DNA of 64,000 nt from a virus. The notes beneath the pieces were generated by a model. The model did no database searches and was not told the DNA's origin. It saw nothing but the letters and a program-made list of their open reading frames with translations. Where the stretch lies: IMG/VR virus record IMGVR_UViG_3300047666_001143, positions 12,219 to 76,218 of that record; one strand, 5' to 3'. The translations under genes and the position numbers were made by a program. This document shows positions 1 through 8,384 of this stretch, piece after piece (position 1 is the stretch's first letter; each line of letters starts with the position of its first letter).

Positions 1-450
1 AGTGCCTCTGATATTATAAATATGCTTGCAACCGAATGTTACAATAAACACGGAGAAGTGAAATCTTATGAGTGGTTGATAAAATCTGTTAAAAAGAGAA
101 GAGATTGTCAAATAAAAGGTAGAATTGTAACTACGGTTGAAGATAGTTTGTGGTCTTATAGTAGAGATGTAACAATAGAAACTATTCCCGAAGTTAAAAA
201 AGAAGAGGATACAATAGAAGTGGAAATTGAGTCTAATTTCAACTTTAAATTTAATGTGGAAGTTAAAAGAGCCAAATTAAAAGGAAGTAAAGTAATTGCA
301 GATAAATTTAATAAAACTCTTATTTTGGATTATGACTTTGATATTACCAAAAATATGTCTGAGTTTTTTGTGCAATATATAGAGCTTACAATGGAAGGAA
401 ATGTGGTTAAAAACTTAGGGGATTATATTACCGATATTTTAAAACGTTAA
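1..450 (+). CDS. hypothetical protein, probably 5'-truncated at window edge
   Basis: Frame is open from base 1 (SASDIINM...); the ORF track starts at ATG 22; stop TAA 448-450. Confidence 0.7.
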   Translation, partial: SASDIINMLATECYNKHGEVKSYEWLIKSVKKRRDCQIKGRIVTTVEDSLWSYSRDVTIETIPEVKKEEDTIEVEIESNFNFKFNVEVKRAKLKGSKVIADKFNKTLILDYDFDITKNMSEFFVQYIELTMEGNVVKNLGDYITDILKR

Positions 451-487
451 AATTCAGTTAAACCCTACAATTAATTTTGTGGGGTTT
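446..487 (+). repeat. 42-bp repeat, copy 1 (identical to 26769-26810)
   Basis: GTTAAAATTCAGTTAAACCCTACAATTAATTTTGTGGGGTTT present at both loci. Confidence 0.95.
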
Positions 488-506
488 ATTTTTTACTTTA
501 CATTTG
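447..506 (+). promoter_or_regulatory. Bacteroidota housekeeping-sigma promoter with upstream TTAA-N7-TTAA
   Basis: TTAA-AATTCAG-TTAA 447-461; TTTG 476-479; 19-nt spacer; TACATTTG 499-506. Confidence 0.8.
460..494 (+). terminator. intrinsic terminator overlapping the promoter
   Basis: Stem AAACCCTACAA / TTGTGGGGTTT followed by a T-rich tract. Confidence 0.7.
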
Positions 507-529
507 CCTTAAACTAAAACATTAAGATA

Positions 530-1138
530 ATGGTGAATAATTTCGAACAAATTAAAAATATACTCACTTGGGAAACTAAAGATGACTTTTACTTCTTGCA
601 GATAATTCAGAGAAAAAAAGATGCAACTGATGAAATGAAAGTATCGGGTTGCAGTAATAACAGCAGGCTTGTAAAAGCTTACTATGTTAAATCACTAGAT
701 CATTTGAACTTTATCACACCAGAGGTAATTCAACTTTGTAATGTTTTCAATGCAAGAGCTGGAATAAATTTGAATAAACGTTCTTTTGAAAAATCTGCAT
801 TGCAAAATTTAAAACTTGTAACAGATAATATTATAAATAAGAATTATGATAAAGTATACAAAACTTATTCTTCTGCTGTAGGTAAGTTTTCTCATGATTC
901 AAATAAAAAGTGGATTATAGATATTGATAAAGAAGAATTGCATAAAGTAGAAGCTATGAAAATGTTCGTAGAATCAATACAACCTTATGAAGATAATATT
1001 TCTAAAATTATTTGTGAAATACCTTCTAAAACTGGTTTACATTTAATAACTAAACCTTTTAATTTACAGCAGTTTAAAGAATGTTTTCCAACAATTGATG
1101 TCCAAAAAAATAATCCAACAAATCTTTTTTGTCCATAA
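530..1138 (+). CDS. AEP (primase-polymerase superfamily)-like protein
   Basis: WIIDID and SKTGLHLIT resemble AEP motifs I and II. Confidence 0.5.
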   Translation: MVNNFEQIKNILTWETKDDFYFLQIIQRKKDATDEMKVSGCSNNSRLVKAYYVKSLDHLNFITPEVIQLCNVFNARAGINLNKRSFEKSALQNLKLVTDNIINKNYDKVYKTYSSAVGKFSHDSNKKWIIDIDKEELHKVEAMKMFVESIQPYEDNISKIICEIPSKTGLHLITKPFNLQQFKECFPTIDVQKNNPTNLFCP

Positions 1139-1377
1139 TGAGTAAATTTAATTCTTTGGAAGTAGTTGCATGTGTTCGGCCAGGAGATCCCCAAAACGGT
1201 CTTGTAAAGGGAAATCACTACACTATATATAGATGTTTTGTAGATGCATCTGATAATGATGCTGTGGAATTAATAGAATTAGATCCTCCGTATCCATTAA
1301 AAGGTTTTTTGGAATACAGATTTGAAAAATTAGTAGGTGACGAAGCTAAAGTGGAAAAGCTAGAAGAAACTATTTAA
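1138..1377 (+). CDS. hypothetical protein
   Basis: ORF; the ATG at 1138 overlaps the upstream stop. Confidence 0.7.
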   Translation: MSKFNSLEVVACVRPGDPQNGLVKGNHYTIYRCFVDASDNDAVELIELDPPYPLKGFLEYRFEKLVGDEAKVEKLEETI

Positions 1378-1418
1378 CATATTATTAAGATATGTTTTAA
1401 ATAAAATGTATATCTTTG
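1374..1418 (+). promoter_or_regulatory. promoter with TTAA-N7-TTAA, leaderless start
   Basis: TTAA-CATATTA-TTAA 1374-1388; TATCTTTG 1411-1418; ATG 4 nt later (1423). Confidence 0.7.
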
Positions 1419-1422
1419 TCAT

Positions 1423-1566
1423 ATGAAAGTACAGAAAAAACACAAAACACAATATATTGTGTGTATGAAACCACAAAAACCGATTAAGAAAGAAAGTCAA
1501 ACAGTTAATTTTTCAATTAAGAGTTATTTACAAATAGTCATAAATAAATTAAAATATGGAATTTAA
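1423..1566 (+). CDS. small basic protein (47 aa), not in ORF track
   Basis: MKVQKKHKTQ...KYGI*; starts at the predicted +1 and overlaps the ligase start. Confidence 0.55.
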   Translation: MKVQKKHKTQYIVCMKPQKPIKKESQTVNFSIKSYLQIVINKLKYGI

Positions 1567-2572
1567 AGCATACCACAAAATTAGACAGTTTTATAATATC
1601 GTAAGAGATATTCAATTCAAAGCAAACTTTCAAGGTCAAGGATCAGATGGAGAGCCTTTATATGAAGAGACTGTAAAACCAACTCTTACTTTTATAGCAA
1701 CAACTAAATTGCACGGTACAAATGCAGGAGTATGTTACACTCCAAAGAAAGGAGTTGTGGCTCAAAAAAGAGGATCCTTAATTGGAAAAGAAGAACTTGC
1801 TTCTCACTTTGGTTTTAATCAATTTGTTCAAGTTGAGAAAAAACTATTCTTCACCGATTTGATGGAAGAATTATATACTGAACATTGTAAATTTGGAGAA
1901 CAACTTACTATCTACGGAGAATGGGCAGGAAAAGGTATTCAAAAATCAGTGGGTATTTCAGAATTACCCAAAGGTTTTTATATTTTTGATTGTAAGATTT
2001 ACAATGCGGAAAAAGATACACAAAGATGGTTAGATATTACAGATTGGATATTTGAATCAGACAAAGTATTCAATATAAATGAGTTTCCAACTTGGAAGTT
2101 GAATATAGATTTTAATAAACCAGGCTTATTTCAAAATAAATTAGTTGAAATTACAGAGCAAATAGAAAAAGAATGTCCTGTATCTAAACAATTAGGTATA
2201 GATAATTCTTTGGGTGAAGGTGCAGTGTGGACTTGTTATTGGAATGAAGAGAAATATATATTCAAAGTAAAAGGAGAGAAACACAGCGTATCTAGGGTTA
2301 AAAAATTAGCCTCAGTGGATCCAGAAGTAGTTAATTCTATTTACGAATTTGTGGAGTATGCTTGTACTCCAAATAGAATTGAACAGGGTATTCAAGAAGT
2401 CAACGCAACAGAAAAAAGAGATATGCCAGCGTTGTTAAAATGGGTGGTCAATGATATTATCACTGAAGAAACAGACACTTTAATTGCAAATGGTTTGGAA
2501 TGGAAACAAGTTGCGAGTAATTGTTCTAATAGAGTTAGGCAATATTTTTTTAATAAAATAGAAAAAGTTTAA
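1556..2572 (+). CDS. RNA ligase, Rnl2 family
   Basis: KLHGTNA (motif I), YGEW (III), FYIFD (IIIa), EGAVW (IV), FKVK (V). Confidence 0.85.
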   Translation: MEFKAYHKIRQFYNIVRDIQFKANFQGQGSDGEPLYEETVKPTLTFIATTKLHGTNAGVCYTPKKGVVAQKRGSLIGKEELASHFGFNQFVQVEKKLFFTDLMEELYTEHCKFGEQLTIYGEWAGKGIQKSVGISELPKGFYIFDCKIYNAEKDTQRWLDITDWIFESDKVFNINEFPTWKLNIDFNKPGLFQNKLVEITEQIEKECPVSKQLGIDNSLGEGAVWTCYWNEEKYIFKVKGEKHSVSRVKKLASVDPEVVNSIYEFVEYACTPNRIEQGIQEVNATEKRDMPALLKWVVNDIITEETDTLIANGLEWKQVASNCSNRVRQYFFNKIEKV

Positions 2573-2574
2573 TT

Positions 2575-2661
2575 ATGGCAAGCGCAAAGACAAAATTCAA
2601 CAGATTTATTTACATACTTGTCTGTATTATAATTACAGTGTTAATCTTAAAATACAATTAA
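2575..2661 (+). CDS. small membrane peptide (28 aa)
   Basis: MASAKTKFNRFIYILVCIIITVLILKYN*; tightly packed between neighbouring genes. Confidence 0.55.
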   Translation: MASAKTKFNRFIYILVCIIITVLILKYN

Positions 2662-2662
2662 A

Positions 2663-2800
2663 ATGGAAGCATTTGATGAACACCCAAGTAACCCTTTGAA
2701 TAATGAAAAAACGGAAATCTGCAATGTATGTGAAGTACCTGTATATGAAGAGGGGGTTTGCAGCTCAAAAGTATGTCGTAAAGTAGATAACGAATTGTAA
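2663..2800 (+). CDS. small zinc-finger-like protein (45 aa)
   Basis: CNVC...CSSKVC; tight gene packing. Confidence 0.55.
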   Translation: MEAFDEHPSNPLNNEKTEICNVCEVPVYEEGVCSSKVCRKVDNEL

Positions 2801-2811
2801 AAATATAAATT

Positions 2812-2991
2812 ATGTTAGGAGATTTATTTAAAGCAGTGGGACAAATTATTGGAACTGTAGCAGGACCAATTATAGGTATTAGTTATGATATTATAGCTAC
2901 CACATTAGGGATATCTGTTGCAATGGTTGCTGAGGCTGTAAAAGCTGGATGTGAATCATATGAAGATATTAAAGATTATCATAAAATATAA
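2812..2991 (+). CDS. small hydrophobic protein (59 aa)
   Basis: MLGDLFKAVGQIIGTVAGPIIG...; aattATG start. Confidence 0.6.
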   Translation: MLGDLFKAVGQIIGTVAGPIIGISYDIIATTLGISVAMVAEAVKAGCESYEDIKDYHKI

Positions 2992-2995
2992 AATT

Positions 2996-3208
2996 ATGGA
3001 AGATAGACATTTAGAAAGAAATGCAAACGATGCAAAAAGTCAAGTAGAATCAGTAATAGATGATCTTATTAATGAAGTCGAAAGATTGGAAACTGAGAAA
3101 AGCGAATTTGAAGGACAGGTTGGCGATTTGGAAAATGATTTGAGTACTTTAGAGGAAAGAATTAGGGACTTGGAAAACGAAAACGAGGAATTAAAAAATC
3201 AAGAATAA
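2996..3208 (+). CDS. acidic coiled-coil protein
   Basis: Heptad pattern (VERLETEKSEFEGQVGDLENDLSTLEERIRDLE); ATG 2996 preferred. Confidence 0.7.
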   Translation: MEDRHLERNANDAKSQVESVIDDLINEVERLETEKSEFEGQVGDLENDLSTLEERIRDLENENEELKNQE

Positions 3209-3209
3209 T

Positions 3210-3845
3210 ATGGAAATTACTTGCATCAGCGATACGCATGAATTGCACAAAAAAGTCACTATCCAACCAACAGATTTATTATTATTTGGAGGAGATTGTA
3301 TGGCTTCTGGATACGATTATAAAAATTTAATTGATTTTTTAGATTGGTTTTCAATTCAACCTGCAAAATACAAAGTTATGATTGCTGGGAACCATGATAG
3401 ATGGATAGAAGATAATCCCAAGGAATTCAGAAAACTTTTAATAGATTACCCGAGTATAATCTATTTGGAAGATGACTTTACAATTATTGAAGGCTTAAAA
3501 ATTTATGGTACACCTCATTCTAAGATGTTTTATAATTGGGCCTTCAATAGAACTGAAGTAGAACTAGTTGCACTATTTGATAAAATACCTAATGATGTAG
3601 ATATTTTATTGAGTCACGCCCCGCCTTATACAATATTAGATGAATTAGTTGACGGACAGTGTGTGGGAGAAAATACTTTGAAAAATAAGATATACCAATT
3701 AAAAAATTTAAAATTAAATGTATTTGGACATATACACAATTGTTTTGGTATGATAAAACCTCATGGAAAACATATATCTGCAAATGCATCACAAGTAGAT
3801 GAAAACTACGAATTAAATAACTTTCCACTAATAATAAATATATAA
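3210..3845 (+). CDS. calcineurin-like metallophosphoesterase
   Basis: SDTH, GD, GNHD, SHAPP, GHIH motifs. Confidence 0.9.
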   Translation: MEITCISDTHELHKKVTIQPTDLLLFGGDCMASGYDYKNLIDFLDWFSIQPAKYKVMIAGNHDRWIEDNPKEFRKLLIDYPSIIYLEDDFTIIEGLKIYGTPHSKMFYNWAFNRTEVELVALFDKIPNDVDILLSHAPPYTILDELVDGQCVGENTLKNKIYQLKNLKLNVFGHIHNCFGMIKPHGKHISANASQVDENYELNNFPLIINI

Positions 3846-3847
3846 AA

Positions 3848-4225
3848 ATGATCAAAACAACAATTATTAAACAAGTAAACGAATTAAGAGACATCTGTTA
3901 CGGAGAATCTTTCAAAGCTGGGTGGCACACTGATATTAAAACAGGTGAACTTTTAGAACGTAATAAAGGAGAAATGATAGCTTTAATACATTCAGAGGTA
4001 TCTGAGGCTATGGAAGGGGAAAGAAAGGATTTAATGGATGACCATTTACCAAATCGAAAAATGGCAGAAGTGGAGTTTGCGGATGCTGTAATTCGTATTA
4101 TGGATTATTGTGGTAGGTTTGATTATGATATTGGAGGAGCTATTGTGGAAAAAATAGAGTATAATAGAAATAGAGCTGATCATAAAATTGAAAATAGAGT
4201 AAAGAACGGCGGTAAAAAGTTTTAA
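3848..4225 (+). CDS. MazG-like NTP pyrophosphohydrolase
   Basis: IALIHSEVSEAMEG...EVEFADAVIRIMD. Confidence 0.8.
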   Translation: MIKTTIIKQVNELRDICYGESFKAGWHTDIKTGELLERNKGEMIALIHSEVSEAMEGERKDLMDDHLPNRKMAEVEFADAVIRIMDYCGRFDYDIGGAIVEKIEYNRNRADHKIENRVKNGGKKF

Positions 4226-4227
4226 CT

Positions 4228-4812
4228 ATGTACATTAATATTTCAAATTTACTTAAATTGCCAAATCCATTAATGTTACCTTTTTTGTTGCTTTTAAAAC
4301 AGGTGCCGAAAAAAGATTTAACTGAAGAGTTGGCAAGGTTAATTGTAGATGACGATTCTTTGAATATATTAATTGAGGAGGAATATGTGAAAATTATTAA
4401 AGGTAAAAAAGATGCTGATTTTATCTCTTTGTTGAGACTTGGTAAGAAGGGTACTGCATATTTACATTCACTTGAAGAGGCAGAAGTTTTAGATGAAGAT
4501 AAAAAGATTTTTGATTGGCTTGCAGAAATCTATAAGAAAAATGATAAGCAAATTGGAAATGGAAAACGTACACAAAGACACATTGCATCTTTCAGAGAAA
4601 AGACAGGTATCGAAAAAAATAAGTTAGCTTTTTTGTGTGATACTTTTATCAAAGATGATTCTGAAATGGAGTGGTCATTTAAATTAGAATATGTATTTTT
4701 CAAACCTACAAACGCTTTTCAAACAAGGTTTGTTCTCGAGGATAGTCGTCTATTCAAGTACCATACAAAAAGAAAAGAATTTTTTGAAAATAAATTTAAA
4801 AATATAAAATAA
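4228..4812 (+). CDS. hypothetical protein (possibly replication-associated)
   Basis: 194-aa ORF, no recognised motif. Confidence 0.6.
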   Translation: MYINISNLLKLPNPLMLPFLLLLKQVPKKDLTEELARLIVDDDSLNILIEEEYVKIIKGKKDADFISLLRLGKKGTAYLHSLEEAEVLDEDKKIFDWLAEIYKKNDKQIGNGKRTQRHIASFREKTGIEKNKLAFLCDTFIKDDSEMEWSFKLEYVFFKPTNAFQTRFVLEDSRLFKYHTKRKEFFENKFKNIK

Positions 4813-4821
4813 ATAGAAACT

Positions 4822-5154
4822 ATGTCAGTAAATATATTAAAATTAAAAAGTAAAAGAGTTTTTGAAAACGAAAAAATAAAAATATCATTTTCGACTGGCG
4901 ATGTTAGTGATTCTCTTTCGGTTTATCTAATTGATGGAGAAGGTAAACAACATCATATTTTATGGGAAATTTCTCCTGACAGATGTATTCAGAATTTTGA
5001 TAAAACCAATGAAAAAATTAAAACTTTTGTTAAAGATAAAATAGATGAATGGGTAAGTGATGAAAAAGAGACTGAAAGATTGAGAAAAGAAGCAATACAA
5101 AAGAGAGAGCACAGGGAAGAAAATAAGTTGACAAAATTAATAGACTCATTTTAA
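4822..5154 (+). CDS. hypothetical protein
   Basis: ORF in the co-directional operon. Confidence 0.65.
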   Translation: MSVNILKLKSKRVFENEKIKISFSTGDVSDSLSVYLIDGEGKQHHILWEISPDRCIQNFDKTNEKIKTFVKDKIDEWVSDEKETERLRKEAIQKREHREENKLTKLIDSF

Positions 5155-5238
5155 ATACCCTAAAACTCTGGGATATATGATTAGTAGCGTAAAAATTAAT
5201 ATGGAAAAAATAAGAGGTAATAAATTTAAAAATATAAA

Positions 5239-5454
5239 ATGAATTCAGAGCATAAAAGAATCAGTAAAATTTCAGCAGATTTAAAAGATAATGCCGTGAT
5301 AAAGGCTAGTGATAAGATTTTAGTAATAGTATCAAACAAAGACGGTCTTTGGACTTTAAACGGTAATTTAGGTAATAATAAAGACGCTGCAAATATGATG
5401 CAAAATATTATCGATCAATTAAATAAAACTCAAGAGCAGCAAAGCAAAAATTAA
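5239..5454 (+). CDS. hypothetical protein
   Basis: 71-aa ORF between attC-like arms. Confidence 0.6.
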   Translation: MNSEHKRISKISADLKDNAVIKASDKILVIVSNKDGLWTLNGNLGNNKDAANMMQNIIDQLNKTQEQQSKN

Positions 5455-5459
5455 ATATT

Positions 5460-5699
5460 ATGAATGAGATTTTTAAAAGTACAATAGGTAAGTGTTTTTT
5501 ATACACGTTGTTAATTGCTTTTCTTTTTTGTGGCTGTAGCAATACCCAAACTAAAAATGTAGAAAATAGTTATGAGACTATAGTGATAGAAGGATGTGAG
5601 TATATTACATACAATAAATTTGGGGGTAATTATGGATATGGTTATATGGCTCACAAAGGTAATTGTAAAGCGTGTACTAAAAAAAATAATTGCCACTAA
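5460..5699 (+). CDS. putative lipoprotein
   Basis: Hydrophobic stretch and lipobox-like FCGC; the stop TAA is part of CTAAC. Confidence 0.6.
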   Translation: MNEIFKSTIGKCFLYTLLIAFLFCGCSNTQTKNVENSYETIVIEGCEYITYNKFGGNYGYGYMAHKGNCKACTKKNNCH

Positions 5700-5755
5700 C
5701 TTATTTGTGTATGATTAGTTTTGTGTAGGTTATTAATAAATTAAATAAAAAAGCA

Positions 5756-5977
5756 ATGGATATTAAACAAGAATTTAGAGAAGAAAAAAATATGGATGTT
5801 TACGCTATGAATGTAAATGATGGAAGTTTTAGCAATGTCTATGTAAAATGGCTAGAAGCAAAAATTAATTATACACGTTGTTGTACGGAGTTGTGCGATT
5901 GTGAAGAACCTTACAATGATATAGAAGCGAAACAATGTATGGGTTGCGGTAATTTAGTAGAATATGGACAAGATTAA
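5756..5977 (+). CDS. hypothetical protein with C-terminal zinc-ribbon-like segment
   Basis: CDC...CMGC after the NYTRCCTEL junction peptide. Confidence 0.6.
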   Translation: MDIKQEFREEKNMDVYAMNVNDGSFSNVYVKWLEAKINYTRCCTELCDCEEPYNDIEAKQCMGCGNLVEYGQD

Positions 5978-6057
5978 GCACCATTACTTACAACTACTGA
6001 TAAAGAAACTTAAACTGTTCAAAACATTGAAACACAATAATTTAAAACAATAAAATA

Positions 6058-6408
6058 ATGAAAAAACTAATTTTAATTTTATTAACTGTAATTACATATT
6101 CAGTTAATAGTCAGAATACTTTTTACTTTTTTGAATCTACTGTGGTTCCAGAAGTAGACAATAAAAGTAATGTTAATAATACATTTTTATTTAATAATAA
6201 CTCTTCACTGGTTAATGCCAATACATTTACAGATAATACTCCTATCTTGTTTATGCCACTTATGAATAATGAAAATATAAGTCAAGATTTATTGGAATTC
6301 GATGTGATCAGAAATTCTTTTGGCCATGATGAGTTTAATAAAAGTATGAATTATAATTTGTCCGAAATTAAACCTAATATTAACTATTTTAAAAACAATA
6401 AAAAATGA
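6058..6408 (+). CDS. secreted hypothetical protein
   Basis: Signal peptide MKKLILILLTVITYSVNSQ (Bacteroidota-type Gln at +1). Confidence 0.65.
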   Translation: MKKLILILLTVITYSVNSQNTFYFFESTVVPEVDNKSNVNNTFLFNNNSSLVNANTFTDNTPILFMPLMNNENISQDLLEFDVIRNSFGHDEFNKSMNYNLSEIKPNINYFKNNKK

Positions 6409-6965
6409 AATACCTTAGCATTGATACAGAAACGACGGGTTTAAATTCAAAAACCTGCGAAATACTATCTTTCTCAGCAGTTTTGGAAGATACAGACAAA
6501 CCAAATATACCTGTGGATGATTTACCACATGTACACTTCATCTTTAAAAAAGATTTTATAAAAGGAGAACCCTATGCTTTGAATTTGAATAAAGATATCA
6601 TAGAGATAATTAAAGAAGGTAAAGATGAAAGACTAATTAACGAACTTCAATTCTTTCCTAAATTCAGAGAGTTCTTGAAGGAAAATAATGTTGAAGGAAA
6701 ATTAAAAGTGGCTGGAAAAAACTTCAGTTCATTTGACTTAAAATTTATAGATATACTTATGAATGAAGTTTGGGATTTTGGATCCTCTATAAAATTCCAC
6801 CATAGAGTTTTAGATGTTGGACCACTATTTGTTGATTTTAAAAATGACGAATGGATTCCAGACTTAAATATGTGCATGGAAAGAGCTGGAGTCAAAGGAA
6901 CAGTGCAACATTGTGCATATGAAGATGCAAAAGATGTAATTAGAGTTTTAAGAACTAAATACTAA
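6405..6965 (+). CDS. DEDDh 3'-5' exonuclease (DnaQ-like)
   Basis: IDTETTG, NFSSFD, HCAYED motifs. Confidence 0.85.
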   Translation: MKYLSIDTETTGLNSKTCEILSFSAVLEDTDKPNIPVDDLPHVHFIFKKDFIKGEPYALNLNKDIIEIIKEGKDERLINELQFFPKFREFLKENNVEGKLKVAGKNFSSFDLKFIDILMNEVWDFGSSIKFHHRVLDVGPLFVDFKNDEWIPDLNMCMERAGVKGTVQHCAYEDAKDVIRVLRTKY

Positions 6966-6968
6966 ATT

Positions 6969-7124
6969 ATGGATATAATAGTATTATTAATAATACTAAT
7001 AATAATAAGTGTGGTTTTAGAAATTGCATTTAATCCCAGATTGCATTATACTCATGGAGATCAGCTTCTACTTTGGTACGGGAGAAAAGTCAGGAAAAGT
7101 TACTTAATTTACGATAATAATTAA
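6969..7124 (+). CDS. small membrane protein (51 aa), not in ORF track
   Basis: MDIIVLLIILIIISVVLEIAFNPRL...*. Confidence 0.6.
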   Translation: MDIIVLLIILIIISVVLEIAFNPRLHYTHGDQLLLWYGRKVRKSYLIYDNN

Positions 7125-7179
7125 CAACAAATTAAAAGGAGGTTTATTTTGGGAGTCTCCTTTTTTTACATTAACTTTG
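7121..7179 (+). promoter_or_regulatory. terminator/promoter composite upstream of the helicase
   Basis: TTAA-CAACAAA-TTAA 7121-7135; hairpin AAAAGGAG/CTCCTTTT; TTTG 7148-7151; TAACTTTG 7172-7179. Confidence 0.75.
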
Positions 7180-7198
7180 CAGTTAGAAAAATAATTAT

Positions 7199-8296
7199 AT
7201 GGCAATAAGACCTTTCAAGGAATTCGCATCAAAAGGATTTGCGGAAATAAAGAAAATACAAACAGGAGAAAAATTACTTCCCAAAACAGGTTTTGATTTT
7301 ATAGATGACCATTTAGGATGTATGCTTCCAGGAGATGTTGCTCTTTTAAGTTCTCCTTCTGGAACAGGTAAAACTACCATAGCTCAAAAAATAAAAAAGA
7401 ATTTATTGAATATTGAATTGAACCCTGATGCAGCTAACTATGTTTACGTTGACTATAGTTTAGAGATGAAAGTTTTTAATCTTTTAATGAGGGCTTCTGC
7501 GGAAATACTGAAGAAGAAGAAATCTGAAATATTGTTCAATGAGTTCACTGAAGAGGAACAAACAAAAATTAGGGCTTACTATGAAACATTGCAAGATGAC
7601 AGACAATTTTTAGATCAAGTCCCACCAACTCCCGAAGAGTTTTACAATGATGCAAGGGAATTTTGTATTAAACACAAGGATAAGAGTGCTATATTTTTTA
7701 GTTTTGATCACGTTTTATTGGCAAAAGGTTCTGATAAGAAAAGAATGTTAGAGGAATTCGCTGAAAAGATAAACCAGTTAAAGTTGGAATTTGACAATGT
7801 GTATTTTATATTAATATCGCAAAATAATAGACAAATATATTCGAGAATTGCAGAGAAAAGTAATTTAGCAGCACCCAATCCCACAGATGTATTTGGGTCT
7901 AGTTTCTTAGATCAACTTTGTAGTTTTAATATAGTTTTTTATGCTCCTTTTAAAGCAGGTATAAAAGAGTATATGAAAGTAAACCCTACTAGATATCAAC
8001 ATCTTTCTGAATATTTTGGGGAAGAAGATAATAAAGGTAGAGTTAGTTTTCACACTGAAGGTTTAATATTTGCTCATGCTATAAAAACAAGAGAGTCAGA
8101 TAATATGTATAAAGATATATTTGTTATTGACATGGAGTTATCCTCAGAAGAAAAAGAAAATCTAAAAGAGAAAGTAGAAGTTAAAAGTAGTTCAATGCCA
8201 GAATTTAATGAAGATATGCCTAAGAAAGAATTTGTTTTTCCGACTTTAGAGGAAGCTTTTGAAAATGATGACAAGGAAGATGACCCTCCATTTTAA
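7199..8296 (+). CDS. DnaB-like replicative helicase
   Basis: TGFDFID, Walker A SPSGTGKT, SLEM, Walker B-like FSFDH, ISQNNR; acidic tail ending DDPPF. Confidence 0.8.
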   Translation: MAIRPFKEFASKGFAEIKKIQTGEKLLPKTGFDFIDDHLGCMLPGDVALLSSPSGTGKTTIAQKIKKNLLNIELNPDAANYVYVDYSLEMKVFNLLMRASAEILKKKKSEILFNEFTEEEQTKIRAYYETLQDDRQFLDQVPPTPEEFYNDAREFCIKHKDKSAIFFSFDHVLLAKGSDKKRMLEEFAEKINQLKLEFDNVYFILISQNNRQIYSRIAEKSNLAAPNPTDVFGSSFLDQLCSFNIVFYAPFKAGIKEYMKVNPTRYQHLSEYFGEEDNKGRVSFHTEGLIFAHAIKTRESDNMYKDIFVIDMELSSEEKENLKEKVEVKSSSMPEFNEDMPKKEFVFPTLEEAFENDDKEDDPPF

Positions 8297-8297
8297 G

Positions 8298-8357
8298 TTA
8301 AAAATTTGTTAAAATCTAAATAAGTCTTTCGGGGCTTATTTTTTTGTTTTATATTTG
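8298..8357 (+). promoter_or_regulatory. terminator/promoter composite
   Basis: TTAA-AAATTTG-TTAA 8298-8312; hairpin AAATAAGTC/GGCTTATTT plus T-tract; TATATTTG 8350-8357. Confidence 0.75.
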
Positions 8358-8384
8358 CCTTATGGAAGATAATTTAATAAAAAT

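Larger units (their letters stand above)
5158..6010. mobile_element. putative attC-like gene-cassette mini-array
   Basis: AAC-N9-TATGATTAGT at 5164 and 5698; TTATACACGTTGTT at 5499 and 5869; complementary cassette ends GTTAATTGC/GCCACTAAC and GTTGTAC/TTACAAC. Confidence 0.55.
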
